64,000 bases of DNA from Mycoplasmatota bacterium (GCA_018394315.1 CP074575.1:868001-932000); one strand, 5' to 3'; positions 36,937-47,215 are shown, counted from the stretch's first letter. Numbers and translations: made by a program. The notes: a model not told the origin generated them from the sequence alone.

Positions 36937-38840
36937 TGAATTATCAACCTTCTCCTTGGGCGATAGGAATTTTTCTATTTTTCGTATCGTTTGTATTATT
37001 TATTTCATATTATTATGCTAAGAAAGCAAAGAGTGCAAAAAGCTATTTTAGTGCTGGTGGAAGTATACATTGGTCGGTTAATGGTATAGCATTTGCAGGG
37101 GATTACTTATCTGCAGCTTCATTCCTTGGTATTTGTGGGATGATAAGTATTGCAGGTTATGATGGATTTTTATATTCTATTGGATATTTAGCAGGTTGGA
37201 TTGTGGCGCTATTTGTTGTCGCCGAACCAATGAAAAGATTAGGTAAATATACTTTTGCTGATGCTTTAGACGCTAAGTTTAATAGTAAAGGGATTCAATT
37301 ATTCGCAGGAATTAGTACTTTGGTTGTATCAATGTTTTACTTGATTCCTCAAATGGTTGGAGCAGGAACTCTTGTTGAACCACTACTTGGAATTCCATAT
37401 TGGGCAGGTGTTTTAATGGTTGGTACTATCGTAATAATCATTGTTGCGACTGCTGGTATGACATCAACTACCTATGTGCAATTCTTAAAAGGAGGACTAT
37501 TAATTGTTTTCTCTGTGGTCTTGACTATAATGATTGTGAATAAGGGGATTTCAACTTCACCACAAAATGGTGATGTACCTTATCATGAATTTAAAGAATT
37601 AGCTCTAGTAGATAACGATTCTCTTGAGTTAGTAGATTCTTCATTGATGATAACTGATACATGGGAATTTGATCATGTTACGCTAGTAAGAATATTCATC
37701 GATGGAAGAGAAACTATTTGGGAAGTAAACAATGAGGAAAACGTTTTGAAGGAAACTCTGTTCATTACAGCCCTTTCTGGCGGTGGAACTCTCTATAATG
37801 GAGCTCCAAAAGAAGACGCTCAGTTTTTCCAAGTTGGTCATATGAGTGAAGTAGCAGGAAGTGAAAATGGTGAAACAGGACCACTTAATCCGTTTACTTT
37901 TATTGAGGCAATTAAAGAAGGAACAGTAGTTTTGTGGGAAAAACAGAAAATTCAAGATGGCGAAGATGTTATAACTGTTTATTATCAAAACCCTACTGAA
38001 GGAAGTAAAGTCTTAGTTCCAGGATTAAAGTTTAAAGTTGACAGTGAGCGCGGCGCGACATTTACTGATAGATTAGATTTTATGTCGTTAATGCTAGCTT
38101 TATTCTTAGGTACTGCAGGGTTACCTCATATCTTAATTCGTTATTATACTGTACCAACACCATCAGCTGCAAGAAAGTCTACAATTGTTGCAATTGCAGG
38201 AATAGGATTTTTCTATATACTTACGATGTTTATGGGACTAGGAGCAATGGTTAATGGTGTTATTGATTTAAGTAATAGTAACATGAGTGCACCACTGCTT
38301 GCTAAGTCATTTGGTATAGGAATATTTGCTATTATTTCAGCAATAGCATTCGCTACAGTTCTTGGAACAGTAAGTGGATTAATTGTTGCATCATCTGGAG
38401 CAGTTGCACATGACTTAATGGATAGATTTATGGGTATTAAGTTATCTGACAAAGGTAAAGTTCGTGCTGGGAAGATTGCCTCAATCGGTGTAGGTGTTAT
38501 AGCAATGTTGCTTGGTTTGTTATTCAAAGGTATGAATGTTTCATACTTGGTTGGATGGGCCTTTGCAGTTGCTGCATCGGCAAATCTACCTGCAATCATA
38601 ATGATGCTATTTTGGAAAAAAACTACTGCTAAAGGTATTATTGCATCAATTGGTGTAGGTATTGTAAGTGCTATTGGGATAATATTATTATCTCAAAAAA
38701 CTTACAACGAGGTTTATCACCTAGTTGATAAAGTAGCACCGATTCCTATTAACAATCCTGCAATTATATCTGTACCGCTAAGCTTCATTACTATTATCGT
38801 AGTATCATTACTAACACAAAAGAAAACTGTAACTGAATAA
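36936..38840 (+). CDS. actP: Cation/acetate symporter (SSS family)
   Basis: NGIAFAGDYLSAASFLG, LGTAGLPHILIRYYT, AFATVLGTVSGL, AVAASANLP. Confidence 0.88.
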   Translation: MNYQPSPWAIGIFLFFVSFVLFISYYYAKKAKSAKSYFSAGGSIHWSVNGIAFAGDYLSAASFLGICGMISIAGYDGFLYSIGYLAGWIVALFVVAEPMKRLGKYTFADALDAKFNSKGIQLFAGISTLVVSMFYLIPQMVGAGTLVEPLLGIPYWAGVLMVGTIVIIIVATAGMTSTTYVQFLKGGLLIVFSVVLTIMIVNKGISTSPQNGDVPYHEFKELALVDNDSLELVDSSLMITDTWEFDHVTLVRIFIDGRETIWEVNNEENVLKETLFITALSGGGTLYNGAPKEDAQFFQVGHMSEVAGSENGETGPLNPFTFIEAIKEGTVVLWEKQKIQDGEDVITVYYQNPTEGSKVLVPGLKFKVDSERGATFTDRLDFMSLMLALFLGTAGLPHILIRYYTVPTPSAARKSTIVAIAGIGFFYILTMFMGLGAMVNGVIDLSNSNMSAPLLAKSFGIGIFAIISAIAFATVLGTVSGLIVASSGAVAHDLMDRFMGIKLSDKGKVRAGKIASIGVGVIAMLLGLLFKGMNVSYLVGWAFAVAASANLPAIIMMLFWKKTTAKGIIASIGVGIVSAIGIILLSQKTYNEVYHLVDKVAPIPINNPAIISVPLSFITIIVVSLLTQKKTVTE

Positions 38841-38844
38841 TATT

Positions 38845-38877
38845 TAACTCTAATTCATTTGAATTAGAGTTTTTTTA
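38845..38877 (+). terminator. Intrinsic terminator
   Basis: AACTCTAATTC-ATTT-GAATTAGAGTT followed by a T-run. Confidence 0.8.
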
Positions 38878-38971
38878 TGCATGCATCAAAAATTGATAAA
38901 TATCACATAAAAATAAGCATATAGTAAAAGAACGGAACAGAAAGAGTTTATAATAAAAAAGAGGTGAAGAT

Positions 38972-39559
38972 GTGAAGACTAAAATATTAGTAGAAATAGC
39001 AGTTATGAGTCTTTTAGTTTTTCTTTTAGATTTGTTATCGCATTTAATTCCTATACCTGGGACTCACGACGGGATAAGTTTATATATGCTGCCAATATTT
39101 TTGATGAGTTTTAAACACGGTGTAAAGGTTGGTATATATACAGGATTATCATCAAGTGTTCTGTTTTTCTTGTTTGGTCATTATCACACATTTGTTTGGG
39201 TACAATTTATGTTGGATTATATCTTAGCACTATCGGTAATAGCGGTATCGGGTATTTATAGCAAGAAAGTTAGGAGTTGTGACTGTAACTGTGAGGAAAG
39301 AAACAGTTATATTATAAAAGGAGTATTTATTGGATCGCTTCTAAAACTAGTATTTAATTCAATCTCAGTACTCCTATTTATAGAAATGTATCTTGATACA
39401 GAGCACAATCCAAATTTGTTTCACCATTTGCTTGAAACAGATCAAATAATTTTTTCTATCATTTATAGTTCTATCATAGTTGTTCCTGCTGCAATTCTAA
39501 CTACTATTGTTCTAGTGAAGAGTTTTTCAAAGTATGGTAATAAATTGTTAGGACTATAA
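38972..39559 (+). CDS. ThiT-like ECF transporter S-component (divergent)
   Basis: LVEIAVM, G.ISL.MLPIF..SF..GVKVG..TG, QFMLDYILA; about 6 TM segments. Confidence 0.7.
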   Translation: MKTKILVEIAVMSLLVFLLDLLSHLIPIPGTHDGISLYMLPIFLMSFKHGVKVGIYTGLSSSVLFFLFGHYHTFVWVQFMLDYILALSVIAVSGIYSKKVRSCDCNCEERNSYIIKGVFIGSLLKLVFNSISVLLFIEMYLDTEHNPNLFHHLLETDQIIFSIIYSSIIVVPAAILTTIVLVKSFSKYGNKLLGL

Positions 39560-39663
39560 ATAGTAAATTCTAAAATTAAAGGGAAACACTTCGGTGTTTT
39601 CTTTTAATTTGTTATACTTAATATGGAAATTAAATAGAATATTTAATTCAAGGAGATAACTTT

Positions 39664-41820
39664 ATGAAAACATTAGTATTAGCAGAGAAACCCTCAGTTG
39701 CTAGAGACATCGCAAAGGTTTTAAGTTGCAAGAATAATAAAAACACTTTTTTAGAGGGAGACAAATATATTGTTACTTGGGCACTGGGACATTTAGTAAC
39801 ACAAGCAGCACCTGACTCTTATGATGCAAAATATAAGAATTGGAATATGAATCATTTACCAATACTTCCTAATAGATTTAAGCTTGAAGTGATTAATAAT
39901 ACTAAAAGGCAGTATAACGCAGTGAAGACACAAATGTTAAGAAATGATGTATCAGAGATTGTAATTGCAACTGATGCCGGAAGAGAAGGGGAACTAGTTG
40001 CTAGATGGATTATAGAAAAGGCTAAAGTGAAAAAGAGAATAAAAAGACTCTGGATTTCCTCAGTTACAAACAAAGCAATTAAAGAGGGATTTAATAACCT
40101 AAAGGATGGTAGAGCTTATGAAAATCTATATCATTCGGCAGTAGCGAGAAGTGAGGCGGATTGGGTTGTTGGGATAAATGCCACAAGAGCTTTAACATGT
40201 AAGCATGGAGCTAGTTTATCTTGCGGTAGAGTTCAAACTCCTACTTTGTCAATGATTGAAGAAAGACAAAAGGAAATATCTAATTTTAAACCTGTTCCAT
40301 ACTATAGTATTGTAATTAGAACAGAGAAGTTAGATTTAATTTATAAAGGTAATAGAATTTATGATCTTGAAAAGTGTGAGAACCTTGTAAATGAAATTAA
40401 CAAAAAAAATAATATTACAGTTAAGGTTAGTAAAGCATTTAAAAAGACCTATGCACCTAAATTATATGATTTAACAGAATTACAAAGAGATGCAAATAGA
40501 CTATTTGGCTTTTCTGCTAAAGATACATTAAGTATAATGCAAAGCTTGTATGAGTATCATAAAGTTTTAACATACCCTAGAACTGATTCTAAATATCTTT
40601 CTAGAGATATCGTTCCTACTTTAAAGGAAAGAGTAAGAGCATGTAATGTAGGAAATTATAGTAAATCATGTGAACAAATTCTTAAGACTAACATTAGAGA
40701 AAGTAAATCATTTGTTGATGACTCAAAGGTAAGTGATCACCATGCGATAATTCCTACTGAACAGAAGATTTATCTAGATGACTTAAATAATGATGAATTT
40801 AAAATATACGATTTAGTAGTTAAGAGATTTTTATCAGTTCTATTACCAGCATTTGAATATGAGCAAACTAAGATTACTGCGGTTTTTAAAGGTAAAGAAT
40901 TTGCTGCTATAGGTAAGGTTGTAAAGAAACTAGGGTGGAAAGAAGTTTATTCTAAAAGTGATTTAGATGAGGATGATGAAGTATTAGTACCTGCACTTAA
41001 AGATAACGATACTATTGCCGTTGATGATGTTTTTATTGATGAATTTAAAACAAAGCCTAAGGCACCATTTACAGAAGGTACCTTATTAGGTGTAATGGAG
41101 AACCCAATTAAGTTTATGGGGGATACAAACAAGGAGTTTATTAAGAAGATAGGTGAAGTTGGAGGAATAGGAACAGTAGCCACTAGAGCCGACATCATTG
41201 AAAAACTTTTAAAGAATTTTTTAATTGAAAAAAGAGATAATCACTTATATATAACTTCTAAAGGGAAACAATTATTAAACTTAGCACCAACTGATTTGAA
41301 ATCACCACTATTAACGGCAAAGTGGGAACAAAAGTTATCAAAAATCTCAAATGGGACTCTTAAAAAAGAGACGTTTATTAATGAAATGAAAGAATATTCA
41401 AAATCTTTAGTTAATGAAATTATTAATAGTAAAACAAAATTTAAGCATGAGAATATTACAAATAAAAAGTGTCCAAAATGCGGACAGTTCTTACTAGATG
41501 TTAATGGTAAGCAGGGTAAAATGTTAGTTTGTCAAAATAGAGAATGCAGTTACAGAGAATCTGTATTTAAGGTTACAAATAGTAGATGCCCAAATTGTCA
41601 TAAAAAACTAGAATTACATGGCACAGGCGATAAACAAATATTTGTTTGTAAGTGTGGACACCGCGAATCTTTATCTGCATTCAAAAAACGTAAAGAAGCT
41701 AGTAAAAGTGATTTATCTAAGAAAGATGTACAAAAATATTTAAAGAAACAAGAAAGAGAACAGAAAAGTAATAAACATACACCTTTTGCTAATTTATTAA
41801 GTAAGTATAAGAAAGATTGA
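39664..41820 (+). CDS. topB: DNA topoisomerase III
   Basis: LAEKPSVARDIA, ATDAGREGEL, GRVQTPTL, catalytic TYPRTDS, C-terminal Zn ribbons. Confidence 0.95.
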   Translation: MKTLVLAEKPSVARDIAKVLSCKNNKNTFLEGDKYIVTWALGHLVTQAAPDSYDAKYKNWNMNHLPILPNRFKLEVINNTKRQYNAVKTQMLRNDVSEIVIATDAGREGELVARWIIEKAKVKKRIKRLWISSVTNKAIKEGFNNLKDGRAYENLYHSAVARSEADWVVGINATRALTCKHGASLSCGRVQTPTLSMIEERQKEISNFKPVPYYSIVIRTEKLDLIYKGNRIYDLEKCENLVNEINKKNNITVKVSKAFKKTYAPKLYDLTELQRDANRLFGFSAKDTLSIMQSLYEYHKVLTYPRTDSKYLSRDIVPTLKERVRACNVGNYSKSCEQILKTNIRESKSFVDDSKVSDHHAIIPTEQKIYLDDLNNDEFKIYDLVVKRFLSVLLPAFEYEQTKITAVFKGKEFAAIGKVVKKLGWKEVYSKSDLDEDDEVLVPALKDNDTIAVDDVFIDEFKTKPKAPFTEGTLLGVMENPIKFMGDTNKEFIKKIGEVGGIGTVATRADIIEKLLKNFLIEKRDNHLYITSKGKQLLNLAPTDLKSPLLTAKWEQKLSKISNGTLKKETFINEMKEYSKSLVNEIINSKTKFKHENITNKKCPKCGQFLLDVNGKQGKMLVCQNRECSYRESVFKVTNSRCPNCHKKLELHGTGDKQIFVCKCGHRESLSAFKKRKEASKSDLSKKDVQKYLKKQEREQKSNKHTPFANLLSKYKKD

Positions 41821-41828
41821 GGTGAATC

Positions 41829-42389
41829 ATGATAAAAGAATTAATAAAGAGTAATCGTACAGTTAGAAAGTTCAAGGAAACTAAGTTAAATGATAGTGAA
41901 CTTTTTGATATTGTTGAAGCTGCAAGATATTCTATGAGTGCTAGAAATATTCAAGAGTTAAAATTTAAAATTATAAATGACGAGCGAGTGGAAACATTAT
42001 TTAGTTTGTGTCGTTTCGCGGGATATTTAAGTGATTTCAATCCTACATTAAAGGAAGGACCGAAGTCGTTTCTTATAGTATGCGTGGATACTTCAATCAC
42101 CGAGGTTAATAGTTTGGCGTATGTTAACGCAGGTATTGCGATGGCAAACATAACCTTAGTTGCTAAAGAAAAAGGTTTTAGTAGTGTTATTTTGGGCGCA
42201 TTTGACAAAGGACAGGTTGTAAATCAATTTAACATAGATGAAAAATATGTGCCAATTTATTTAATCGGTTTTGGTGAAGCAGATGAAGAAATTCATATTG
42301 TAGATTATCAAAGTGATATTAAATACTATAGGGACAAAGCAAATAATCATTATGTACCTAAACGTTGCTTAGAGGATTTATTGTTATAA
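41829..42389 (+). CDS. Nitroreductase family protein
   Basis: NRTVRKF, SARNIQ, AGIAMANITL..G, HYVPKR. Confidence 0.88.
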   Translation: MIKELIKSNRTVRKFKETKLNDSELFDIVEAARYSMSARNIQELKFKIINDERVETLFSLCRFAGYLSDFNPTLKEGPKSFLIVCVDTSITEVNSLAYVNAGIAMANITLVAKEKGFSSVILGAFDKGQVVNQFNIDEKYVPIYLIGFGEADEEIHIVDYQSDIKYYRDKANNHYVPKRCLEDLLL

Positions 42390-42466
42390 GCTGTCCTAAT
42401 TTATCAAAGAAAGAGTAAATAAGTATATTTTTACTTCTTATATACATAATGTTTATTGGTGATTGA

Positions 42467-43087
42467 ATGAAATATGAAGTGAAACCGTTAGGTTACAGTT
42501 ATAGTGAATTTGAGCCTTTAATTAGTGAAGAAACTATTATTACTCACTATGATAAGTTGTACCGTGGATATGTTGCATCCTTAAATAAAGTAGTTAGCTC
42601 TATCAACTATGATATAAGTGCAAATGAATTGCTAATGTCTATTCAAAATTATCCTATTAAGAGAAATGACATAATTAGATATGCTGGTGGAGTTAGTAAT
42701 CATGAGCTCTATTTTGATAGTCTCACTAATAAAAAAACATATCCTAGCAAGTTTTTGTTAGATGCGATAGAATGTTCGTTTGGATCCTTTAATCAAATGA
42801 TTGACTATATTATTACAGTTACTAAGTCAGTATTTGGTTCTGGATATGTTTTTTTAGTTATAGAAGGAGAAGGTTTAGCTGTTATAAAAACAATAAACCA
42901 AAATAGCCCGCTGATTTACGGATTCTATCCTTTACTAGCAATTGATCTTTGGGAGCATAGCTATTTTCTTGACTATGTTAATAGACGAGATGAATATGTC
43001 AAAAGTGTAATAAAGCTTCTGAATTGGGATAATGCTAATGACCTATTTATAAGATATAAAAGAGAAATTAGAAATGGAATTTTATGA
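42467..43087 (+). CDS. Fe/Mn superoxide dismutase (Mn-type signature, divergent)
   Basis: EPLISEET..H, GGVSNHELYF, FGSGY, NQNSP, DLWEHSYFLDY. Confidence 0.88.
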   Translation: MKYEVKPLGYSYSEFEPLISEETIITHYDKLYRGYVASLNKVVSSINYDISANELLMSIQNYPIKRNDIIRYAGGVSNHELYFDSLTNKKTYPSKFLLDAIECSFGSFNQMIDYIITVTKSVFGSGYVFLVIEGEGLAVIKTINQNSPLIYGFYPLLAIDLWEHSYFLDYVNRRDEYVKSVIKLLNWDNANDLFIRYKREIRNGIL

Positions 43088-43192
43088 TAACTTAAGTTGA
43101 TATAATAATACTATGAAATGTGGTGATTCTTGCGCCATATTTTTTTTGTGTAAAACTTACGTTATATGGTAAAAATATTTTAGGTGAGTAAG

Positions 43193-44278
43193 ATGAAAAA
43201 AATTTTACAATTGCTTTTGATAATCATTACTTTAATAGGTTGTACAAAAAAAGAAGCGTTATATGTACCTGATCTATTATCGGTACAAAGAGATAATAGA
43301 AAAGTTTCTTTGGTAGCAGTAGGCGATAATTTAATACATAATAGTATATATGATGCAGAAGAACGACCATATGATTTTAGACATATTTATAGTGATATCA
43401 AACCCTTTATCAATGAATTTGATTTAGCTTTTATCAATCAAGAAACAATCCTAGGTGGGACCGAATTAGGATTATCAGGATATCCGAGATTTAATAGTCC
43501 AAAAGAAATAGGAGATGCCATTATAGATGCAGGGTTTAACTTGTTCTCAATTGCGAACAATCACACTCTAGATAAAGGAGAAATAGGAGTGATGAATGCA
43601 TTAGATTATCTAGACGGAGAAGATATCATTTATTCTGGTGCAAAACATAGTGATCATGAAAGTAGTGTGAAGGTGTTTTCAAAGAAAGGTATTAAGTTTG
43701 GATTTGTAGCTTATACATACGGCACTAACGGGTTACCTCACCCTGATGGGAAGGAATATTTAGCAAATGTCTTTTCTAAAGAGAAAGCGAAAGAAGATAT
43801 AGAAAGCGTACGAGACAAGGTTGATATTATGATTGTTTCAATGCATTGGGGTGAACAATATCAGAGCCGACCAAATAAAAACCAAGTAGATGAAGCGAAT
43901 TATTTATCATCCCTTGGTGTTGATATAATTATAGGACATCACCCACATGTTATTCAGCCCATTGACATAATTGAAACTGATGGAAATAAGACAATAGTAA
44001 TATATTCTTTAGGTAACTTTCTTTCTGATCAAGTAGGGATTGATAGATTAATTGGAATGGCTGTTAGTCTTGAAATAGAGAAAAATGTAGAAGGTTTAAA
44101 GACTGACATTCAAATAGATAACCTGTCAGCAAAACTCACCTATAGATATAAAAGCGATGAATTTAAAATACTCTTTATGAGTGATATCAGTGAAGAGATT
44201 CTAGATGGATATCTAATACATTATAAAGAAAAGAAAGACTTAATAAATTTTTATTTGACTAACATTGATGTTTCATAG
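43193..44278 (+). CDS. CapA/PgsA-like metallophosphoesterase lipoprotein
   Basis: Lipobox LIGC; VGDNLIH, NQET, ANNHTLD, HWG, GHHPHV, YSLGNF. Confidence 0.9.
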   Translation: MKKILQLLLIIITLIGCTKKEALYVPDLLSVQRDNRKVSLVAVGDNLIHNSIYDAEERPYDFRHIYSDIKPFINEFDLAFINQETILGGTELGLSGYPRFNSPKEIGDAIIDAGFNLFSIANNHTLDKGEIGVMNALDYLDGEDIIYSGAKHSDHESSVKVFSKKGIKFGFVAYTYGTNGLPHPDGKEYLANVFSKEKAKEDIESVRDKVDIMIVSMHWGEQYQSRPNKNQVDEANYLSSLGVDIIIGHHPHVIQPIDIIETDGNKTIVIYSLGNFLSDQVGIDRLIGMAVSLEIEKNVEGLKTDIQIDNLSAKLTYRYKSDEFKILFMSDISEEILDGYLIHYKEKKDLINFYLTNIDVS

Positions 44279-44385
44279 CGATACTGTAAAAAGGGTGTTA
44301 TATAACAATAGTAAGATTAAGATATGCGTAGTTGTTGTAATATATGTTACATTAGTGTACTATAATAGCATAAGGAGGGAAAATT

Positions 44386-44661
44386 ATGGGAAATAAAAAA
44401 GCTAGGGAGATTGTTGCAAAGTATCTAGGGGATTTACTAAAGTTTACGATAGATTTCAAGGTTAATGATAGATATAAGTTAACTTTTCTATATGAAGATG
44501 AACATCAAAATATTTATGAGTATAAAATTATTATTTCATGTAAGACAGAAGATATCGAGTTTATTAAGCATAAAGGAAGTACACTTCGTAGAGAAATTAG
44601 GCTTGATCAGGTCCCTGAATTTGAACTTGAGATATTGAAATTTATGGAATGTAATATTTAA
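44386..44661 (+). CDS. Hypothetical protein
   Basis: SD AAGGAGG, own TATAAT upstream and terminator downstream (44667-44696). Confidence 0.7.
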   Translation: MGNKKAREIVAKYLGDLLKFTIDFKVNDRYKLTFLYEDEHQNIYEYKIIISCKTEDIEFIKHKGSTLRREIRLDQVPEFELEILKFMECNI

Positions 44662-44777
44662 ATGTGAACTTAGATAACTTTTTATCTAAGTTTTTTATTT
44701 GAAATTTCAATATTTTCCAATAAAATATAAGTGCAGATTGTTTATTAGTTAAGAAAACAAATGAATGGAGAGAAATT

Positions 44778-45887
44778 ATGAAAAAATTATTGATAGTGTT
44801 TACTTTATTATTTACGTTGTTACCAGTTGTTAGTGCTGAGGATGGAGATGTAAATGCAGGTATGACTCCTGATAGTCCTTTCTATTTCCTAGATAAGTTA
44901 ATAGAGGATTTAGATTTAGCATTAACATTTGATGAAGTTTCGAAAACAGAGAAGTTTATCGCTTATGCTAAAGAAAGATTAGCTGAAGCTGAGGAGATGA
45001 ACGAGGAAGAAAAACAAGAATTCATTGAAGAGTTGTTACTTGAGTATACTGATGGACTAGAAAAAGCAAGCGATAATTTATTAAATCTTGAAGAAGAAGA
45101 TGCGAACGAATTAGAAGGTGATCTTGATGATGCGATTTGTGAGAGTGATGAATTAAGTGATCAAATCGATCCTGAGCTTGCAGCGAAATTAGAAGAGAAA
45201 AAAGGGCAAGCGTATGTTAAATTTACTGTTCTAAGAGAAGCATTAACAGAAGATAACCAAGAGTCTATAGTAAATAAGGCAAACGAATCTGGATTTGGAT
45301 TAGGTGAATTGTCGAAGATAGCTATTGGGGCTGAATTGCTAGGAATGTCTTTAGAAGAAGTATTGGATGCTGTTATTGAAGCTGGGAATTTAGAGGATTA
45401 CTTTACATCTCAAGATATTTCAATGAATGAATTAGTGACAAAAGGGTTGGATAAGAAGCAAAATAAGCTGCAGGAAAGATTAGCTTATGCTGTTGGAGAA
45501 TCGAATGAAAAAGCTATCTCAAGAATCGAAAACCAACTTCAAAATTCTATAGAGCGCGAAGAAAAAGATGCAATTATTCATAGTTATAAAAATGGAAAAG
45601 AAGAGATTCTTAATGATTTAGGTGTTGAAGATCTAGACGAATTATCAGATGAAGAAAAGACTCAAGTAAAAGAAGAACTGAATACTTTAAAAACCGAAAA
45701 GAAAGAAGAACTAAAAACCTTTATCAATGAAAAAAAGGAAGAGGTTAAGAATACAATAAAAGAAGTAAATGAAACAAAAGACGCAGGTGAAAAGAGTAAA
45801 GGGTTAGAGAAACTACAAGAAAAAATGAATAAAAAGCCAGATGTTGAAAAAGACAGTAATGGTAAGAGTGGTAAAGGAAATAAATAA
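44778..45887 (+). CDS. Secreted DUF5667-like acidic coiled-coil protein
   Basis: Signal peptide; AGMTPDSPFYFLDK..E...ERLAEA motif; E/K-rich tail. Confidence 0.75.
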   Translation: MKKLLIVFTLLFTLLPVVSAEDGDVNAGMTPDSPFYFLDKLIEDLDLALTFDEVSKTEKFIAYAKERLAEAEEMNEEEKQEFIEELLLEYTDGLEKASDNLLNLEEEDANELEGDLDDAICESDELSDQIDPELAAKLEEKKGQAYVKFTVLREALTEDNQESIVNKANESGFGLGELSKIAIGAELLGMSLEEVLDAVIEAGNLEDYFTSQDISMNELVTKGLDKKQNKLQERLAYAVGESNEKAISRIENQLQNSIEREEKDAIIHSYKNGKEEILNDLGVEDLDELSDEEKTQVKEELNTLKTEKKEELKTFINEKKEEVKNTIKEVNETKDAGEKSKGLEKLQEKMNKKPDVEKDSNGKSGKGNK

Positions 45888-45892
45888 TAAAT

Positions 45893-45917
45893 AAAGCTTA
45901 TCTCGTATAAGCTTTTT
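45893..45917. terminator. Intrinsic terminator, probably bidirectional
   Basis: AAAGCTTAT..ATAAGCTTTTT, A-rich on the left and T-rich on the right. Confidence 0.7.
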
Positions 45918-45919
45918 CT

Positions 45920-46003
45920 TTATAACTTAAAAAACACACTTGAACCATTTTTAGGTCTTTTAAGATTTTTAAAAAGAAGTTTAATAATACTATAGTAATT
46001 CAT
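45920..46003 (-). CDS. Putative 27-aa basic peptide
   Basis: SD AGGGGG 6 nt before ATG; MNYYSIIKLLFKNLKRPKNGSSVFFKL* ends at the terminator. Confidence 0.4.
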   Translation of the reverse strand: MNYYSIIKLLFKNLKRPKNGSSVFFKL

Positions 46004-46304
46004 GTAGTACCCCCTAAATTTCTTGTATTTTCTTAAACAATGTGGGATTTATTTTATTTGTTTTAAATGGGTATCTTTTAAGCAATTAGATCATGACGAA
46101 CTGTATAAGTTGAAATCTATGGAGGCTATCAGGTCTCCATTTGAGTTCTAATAACCCCTGTTATAATACGACTTTACTTAAACTAAATTATACAAATATG
46201 ATCAATATCTGTTTAATTGATTATAAACCCAAGATAACAAAAAAAGATACTAGGTTTATACCTAATATCTTACGTGATATAATTAGATGAAAGGATTTGA
46301 TTGA

Positions 46305-46769
46305 ATGAGGGAGATGAGGCGAAAAGATCGTCAGACTACATTGGAGGTTGCTCATAAGATTCTTAGAGATTCTAACTACGGAATGCTAGCTACTACCTGT
46401 GAAAATGGTTATCCTCACTCTGTAGCACTAAATCATGTTTTCCTAAATGGATATATTTATTTTCACTGTGCGAAAGAAGGATTAAAGTTAGATAATATTT
46501 TATATGATAATAAAGTATGTTTTACTACTGTATCAGAGGCAAATATTATAGAATCAGCTTATGCTACTAAGTATAAGAGTGCTATAGTTTATGGGAAAGC
46601 GTATATTGTTGAAGATGTTGATGAGTTTAAATCAGCTTTATATGAGATAGCTAGAAGGTATACGAAAGATTTCGTAGCTAAGGCGAAAACACATATTGCT
46701 GCCGCTATAAACAAGACTACAGTTGTCCGTATAGAGATTGATGATATAAAAGGCAAGGTGAACAATTGA
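46305..46769 (+). CDS. Pyridoxamine 5'-phosphate oxidase-like flavin-binding protein (NimA-like)
   Basis: MRRKDR, GYP.SV.LN, YFHCAKEG.KLD, KVCF, YKSAIVYGKA. Confidence 0.88.
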   Translation: MREMRRKDRQTTLEVAHKILRDSNYGMLATTCENGYPHSVALNHVFLNGYIYFHCAKEGLKLDNILYDNKVCFTTVSEANIIESAYATKYKSAIVYGKAYIVEDVDEFKSALYEIARRYTKDFVAKAKTHIAAAINKTTVVRIEIDDIKGKVNN

Positions 46770-47215
46770 GAATATTAGTTGACGCTGATGCTTGCCCTGT
46801 TAAGGAAACTATAATTGAAGTTGCAAGGATTTCTGAAATAAAAGTAATTATGTATTTTGATACATCGCATATTTATGAAAATGATTATGCTAAAACTGTT
46901 ATAGTACCAAAGGGCGTAAATGCTGTTGATATGAAATTGGTATCTGATACCTTAGCTAATGATATTTGTATAACTAATGATTATGGATTAGCAACGCTAC
47001 TTTTAGCAAGAGGATTAAAAGTAATTGGTTTTAGCGGGCTAGTATATACTAACGACAATATCGATACATTACTTCACTCTAGATACATTTCGGGGAAAGA
47101 AAGAGCAAGAGGTTCTAGATTAAAAGGACCGAAAAAGCGTTCAAGGAACGATGATGTTTTGTTTAAGAAAAAACTTATAGAGGTAATAAATGAAAGTGAA
47201 TTATATAGATGCTAA
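46766..47215 (+). CDS. YaiI/YqxD (DUF188) family protein
   Basis: ILVDADACPVK, ITNDYGLA, KGPKK. Confidence 0.9.
   Translation: MRILVDADACPVKETIIEVARISEIKVIMYFDTSHIYENDYAKTVIVPKGVNAVDMKLVSDTLANDICITNDYGLATLLLARGLKVIGFSGLVYTNDNIDTLLHSRYISGKERARGSRLKGPKKRSRNDDVLFKKKLIEVINESELYRC

Noticed and set aside
38880..38971. TPP riboswitch before the thiT-like gene
   Set aside because: Region is short, A-rich and lacks the conserved aptamer motifs.
43193..44278. Poly-gamma-glutamate capsule operon
   Set aside because: capB/capC are absent; stand-alone CapA-domain lipoproteins are common.
46077..46182. SRP RNA or 6S RNA
   Set aside because: Lacks the SRP helix-8 CAGG..GNRA..AGCAG motif and looks too short for 6S; kept only as an unassigned structured candidate.
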